Part shown: positions 61,601 to 64,000 of the stretch, piece after piece
Position numbering within the stretch: position 1 is the stretch's first letter
Layout: every line of letters starts with the position of its first letter
Source of the DNA: Tubulanus polymorphus
Lineage: Eukaryota; Animalia; Nemertea
DNA: 64,000 nucleotides
NCBI RefSeq assembly: GCF_964204645.1
Contig: NC_134034.1
Span: 6,050,914-6,114,913, forward strand
Direction of reading: 5' to 3'
Translations under genes and position numbers: made by a program
The notes under the pieces: generated by a model
Told to the model about the DNA's origin: nothing
The model's input: the letters and a program-made list of their open reading frames with translations, nothing else
Databases searched by the model: none

Positions 61601-63853
61601 TAGTTTTGTCTTTAAAAAAATCGTATTAATGAGGTTTAACAATACAAATAGTGTAGGCTAAATTGTTCTGCAGAAAAATGAAATTCATTAAATACTTCTA
61701 TTCAGATGATTTTAATGTTTGTCGCCACCGCTTGGTGCGCTAGTGTTCGGTCACCTAGGCCGAAGGCGAAATGAGAAGAAAAATCGTCCAAAATCGACAG
61801 TTTGAGTAAATTTTAATGAAATTAACGCGCTATAAACCATAAAGAGCCACCGGGCACTGAAGATTGAAGTATTTTTCTAGTCTACTGTTATATGCCTTTG
61901 ATTCCTGAAAAAATACTTTATATAAGATAAATCAGCAATGCAATAACAAGACAATAATGGCTGTAACTGGCCATAGATGGCAGCACTATATGGTCATTTT
62001 TATCAGATATGTTTGGTAACTACCTTACATTATAATCTTGATATAAAGGAGTTAACGATGTAAGTTAGAACGATAAATGATACCAATCAAACGAGAAAAT
62101 AACAGAATTATGACTGATGAACTGTAGTTGTTGAGATTCTGTCACGAAGCTGCGGCAAGCGAGTATATGTGTTGCCTAGATTCTCATGTGATTGATTAGA
62201 CTTCTCCGATAAAATCGTCAAAAAGAGCTACGAAACCATTTCAAAATATAGTTTTGATCATTTAAAAAAAAATAAAACACTTCGAACCTCCTACAATTTG
62301 GAGATTGCAAGAGTAGGGGATCTCTGTTTAAATGTAGTTCTAGGATGAATACAAAAGTCACCGACATTTCAATGCATTTTGCCTTTGAGGTAGGTGACCC
62401 AACACTAGCGCCGCTAATGGTGGTGGCTAACATCAAAATCATTTTAATAGAAGTATTCTTAAGTCAGTGGTTCTCCCAATCAACATCGTCATAGAACATT
62501 TGCCGGTAGATGTAATACATAAACCAATTAATTTTTTAGCACAGTATAATCTACCAATGCTTCAAAGCCCATGTGCCTCTTGTTATATATCTATAATTTC
62601 TTTATTTTCAGTGGTCGCACTGAATACCAATCACAAGAGGAAAGCAAACGGCATGCTCGAATCGAGCGCAGCTTCTCCAGGTACAATATGTAAGCTAATT
62701 TATGACTTTCTATCCAAATTACTTTTGCGGGTGTGCACTCAGTAATTTCAGTGATTAATGGACTTAATGCATTCTCATTTAAGATCTCCGAGTAAAAGAT
62801 ATGCGCGACGGACTATAGGTGGCACAACTAGGGATGTGATATGTGGCGAGCGAAACATAATTGATCGTCGGAAAAACTTTCCTAATAGTAATAGTGTGCC
62901 AAACATGCGTCAGTATGTCAGTATGACCACTGCAACCATCGGTGCAAACAATGTTACAAACTCATTAAAAAAGGATAATAACTCACATAAAAACTGGCAT
63001 GAAGATAAAAGTGACGAGTAAGTGATAAATTTTCAACAAACTTGTCATTCAACCCTGGAGAGTTATTTCCTTAGTATGTCCGTTCATTCATTGAGGGAAT
63101 CAGGTTTTTTTTTATACACTTAGATGGATAATCTTGATATTCGGTTTATGCATCTATCTACCCAAAACACATTATGAACTAAAACAAAACGACCTGATCG
63201 GCAACTAAAATGGTCACATGGCTACCTATGTTGTTTGACGCATTCTGTGCATTTCTTAGGTTTCACAGAAAATTTGTAGGTTTGATCGTGATTTTTATCT
63301 GGATGTTTATGTATTCCCTTGGTAGCCATCTTAGTTTCATAAGTCTTAGTTCTAAGTTGGAAAAGATTTTTGCAGGAATTGGCTTATAGTCTTTACGTTA
63401 AATAGTTGTTATCACTCATGTAACATATCTCATGAAGAACCAGGGATCTTTCCTCCTCGGGGAAGTAAAATATCTAATTATAGGCCTATTCAATTTCTCT
63501 ATGCATTGGCTCGGCTTTGATATTGGAAGTTTCAGCTTGTCAAGCATTTCACTAAGTGTGTGTGGAATCCTTGGACCCCTAGTTTAAAATTCCTATCACA
63601 ATAAAGCAATCGAACTGTCTCTAAACCAAAGAATGTTCGGGAATACTATCGAATGAAGCCACATTTGAGTCAGGAAAGCCATTTAACTCATTTGGATTTA
63701 TTTTGCAGTGAAGGTGGATTTCTATCGCGAAAGAATTCGAAGCGACGGGATATTTTCGGTACATTAACGAGTCGATCTACATGTGTTGATGAGGATGCTA
63801 CCAGTTGTCCTGAACAATTATATCAACTTCCACTTTACAACGACCAAACTCTG
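28550..63853 (+). CDS. PTPN4: Tyrosine-protein phosphatase non-receptor type 4 / PTP-MEG ortholog (FERM and FERM-adjacent part; PDZ and PTP domains expected beyond the window)
   Basis: 12 GT-AG exons, all phase-compatible. Protein has [82 protein letters not shown] and LGSKFRYSGRTE, closely matching PTPN4/PTPN3. Confidence 0.93.
29060..29173 (+). CDS. PTPN4: PTPN4 coding exon 2
   Basis: [30 protein letters not shown]; ttttcag/gtgaga. Confidence 0.92.
29680..30281 (+). repeat. Dispersed Helentron/HINE-like repeat family with internal tandem units (other pieces near 18500-18820, 38900-39350, 41530-41630, 43400-43500, 60900-61058, 63520-63584)
   Basis: Recurring tatggtcaccaggggg(c/t)gttgaata units and 3' end gggcatggt..cc..gga(c/a)ccctagtt. 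Confidence 0.55.
33069..33111 (+). CDS. PTPN4: PTPN4 coding exon 3
   Basis: [14 protein letters not shown]; ttttcag/gtaaac. Confidence 0.9.
33225..33303 (+). CDS. PTPN4: PTPN4 coding exon 4
   Basis: [27 protein letters not shown]; tttcag/gtaagt. Confidence 0.92.
34312..34409 (+). CDS. PTPN4: PTPN4 coding exon 5
   Basis: [21 protein letters not shown]; ctacag/gtaaga. Confidence 0.92.
36110..36555. mobile_element. PIF/Harbinger-like MITE
   Basis: TTA|aggctggctttagtcaac ... tcgacataagtcaggct|TTA. Confidence 0.55.
37232..37352 (+). CDS. PTPN4: PTPN4 coding exon 6
   Basis: [19 protein letters not shown]; ttgcag/gtattt. Confidence 0.92.
39416..39503 (+). CDS. PTPN4: PTPN4 coding exon 7
   Basis: [29 protein letters not shown]; ttttag/gtatgt. 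Confidence 0.92.
41886..42805. mobile_element. MITE with GGC..GCC termini (Zator-like)
   Basis: tta|ggcacaaagtaaaaaagtctttgtttccggtccc ... gggaccagaaacaaggacttttttatttt..atgcc|cta. Confidence 0.65.
42881..43045 (+). CDS. PTPN4: PTPN4 coding exon 8 (alternative donor at 43033)
   Basis: [20 protein letters not shown](VGDI); ttacag acceptor; donors gtaggt and gtaagt. Confidence 0.9.
45336..46093. mobile_element. MITE with CAGGGATGAA termini and 6-bp TSD
   Basis: tgtaat|cagggatgaa ... ttcatccctg|tgtaat. Confidence 0.7.
46469..48703 (+). pseudogene. DIRS gag-like ORF1 with two premature stops
   Basis: ORFs 46448-46693, 46709-47371 and 47564-48703 are one frame. N-terminal CGH..HDSCASC..C..PCNIC finger, RS-rich middle; stops at 46691-46693 and 47369-47371. 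Confidence 0.85.
48570..50682 (+). pseudogene. DIRS pol: reverse transcriptase, RNase H and adenine-methyltransferase-like domain, disrupted
   Basis: [27 protein letters not shown] at 49308-49319, FTDAS, then deletion/frameshift near 49896, [36 protein letters not shown]. Confidence 0.92.
50500..51593 (+). CDS. DIRS tyrosine recombinase
   Basis: [12 protein letters not shown]-domain; catalytic ARRSEI, AKNQ, LCPVRAL, HQVR, AFW and FTSFY motifs; start approximate. Confidence 0.92.
51852..51949. other. DIRS internal complementary region (ICR)
   Basis: Reverse complement equals the right terminus joined to the left terminus (..ccaaaaattgtaat|atttccatcgagtac..). Confidence 0.97.
52170..53250 (-). 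pseudogene. Decayed Gypsy pol remnant (RT, RNase H linker, integrase)
   Basis: Minus strand fragments: [12 protein letters not shown] (degenerate YxDD), [58 protein letters not shown]. Confidence 0.8.
53394..54044. mobile_element. Kolobok-like MITE (TTAA TSD)
   Basis: TTAA|agagcatatgccatcaaaat ... attttgatggcatttgccct|TTAA. Confidence 0.75.
54612..55965. mobile_element. Zator-like MITE (GGC..GCC termini, TAA TSD), probably nested in a Tigger-like remnant 54566-56470
   Basis: TAA|ggctaaaaaaaattgataccttgtttctccgc ... gcggagaaacaaggtatcatttttgtttagcc|TAA. Confidence 0.75.
58774..58934 (+). CDS. PTPN4: PTPN4 coding exon 9
   Basis: [40 protein letters not shown]; tttcag/gtatat. Confidence 0.93.
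59937..60850. mobile_element. Harbinger-like non-autonomous element; internal 60180-60850 also present at 54759-55370
   Basis: taa|agccgggtgtaggtcgacc start, gcgac/gtcgc-rich subterminal repeats; ~600-bp segment shared with the interior of the Zator-like MITE. Confidence 0.55.
61075..61280 (+). mobile_element. tRNA-derived SINE
   Basis: A box tagctcagtgag, B box ggttcgagtcc, (caaa)-like tail. Confidence 0.7.
61705..62443. mobile_element. MITE with ~65-bp TIR
   Basis: atgttt..gccacc..gcgctagtgttcggtcaccta mirrored by taggtgacccaacactagcgc..ggtggctaacat. Confidence 0.65.
62612..62680 (+). CDS. PTPN4: PTPN4 coding exon 10
   Basis: [24 protein letters not shown]; tttcag/gtacaa. Confidence 0.9.
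62784..63017 (+). CDS. PTPN4: PTPN4 coding exon 11
   Basis: [19 protein letters not shown]; tttaag/gtaagt. Confidence 0.85.
63709..63853 (+). CDS. PTPN4: PTPN4 coding exon 12
   Basis: [15 protein letters not shown]; tttgcag/gtaagc, phase-compatible. Confidence 0.8.
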
Positions 63854-64000
63854 GTAAGCATTCATTGCTTTTAGTACATTGTACATGTATAAGAAAACAA
63901 GATTATGTGCAACGAGTGGACTTTTAGTTTCAGCTTTTGCTGTAGTTGATTGGAATGATATGCAAAATGACTGAAACCTCATAATCAAATACACATATTT

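Overview
Metazoan (probably marine invertebrate) genomic DNA, in five parts. (1) 1-6135: the right part of an endogenous, very AT-rich Polinton/Maverick-like virus (adintovirus type). It carries a membrane-protein ORF, major capsid protein, a repeat/Zn-finger ORF, an FtsK/A32-like packaging ATPase, a chromodomain rve integrase and two small ORFs, and ends in a canonical ...ACTACT terminus. Several genes are disrupted. All five visible native start codons sit in TAAATG, the poxvirus late-promoter motif. (2) 7017-8599: a second viral-like cassette (NCLDV-type HNH nuclease plus multi-Zn-finger gene). (3) 7514-15749: a near-perfect 3 x 2744-bp tandem triplication containing most of that cassette, a foldback element, a Gypsy gag fragment and an apparent host housekeeping promoter (E-box/YY1/ETS). 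The extra promoter copies point antisense into the viral genes. (4) ~15.7 kb to the window end: the 5' half of a PTPN4/PTP-MEG-like FERM-domain phosphatase gene, with 12 phase-consistent coding exons and a probable alternative N-terminal coding exon. (5) Its introns hold many MITEs and SINEs, a complete but defective DIRS1-type tyrosine-recombinase retrotransposon (46126-52166) and a Gypsy pol remnant. TAGGCCTA-type insertions, apparently transposon footprints, are strongly enriched just downstream of the promoter. All calls come from manual reading; no database searches were run.
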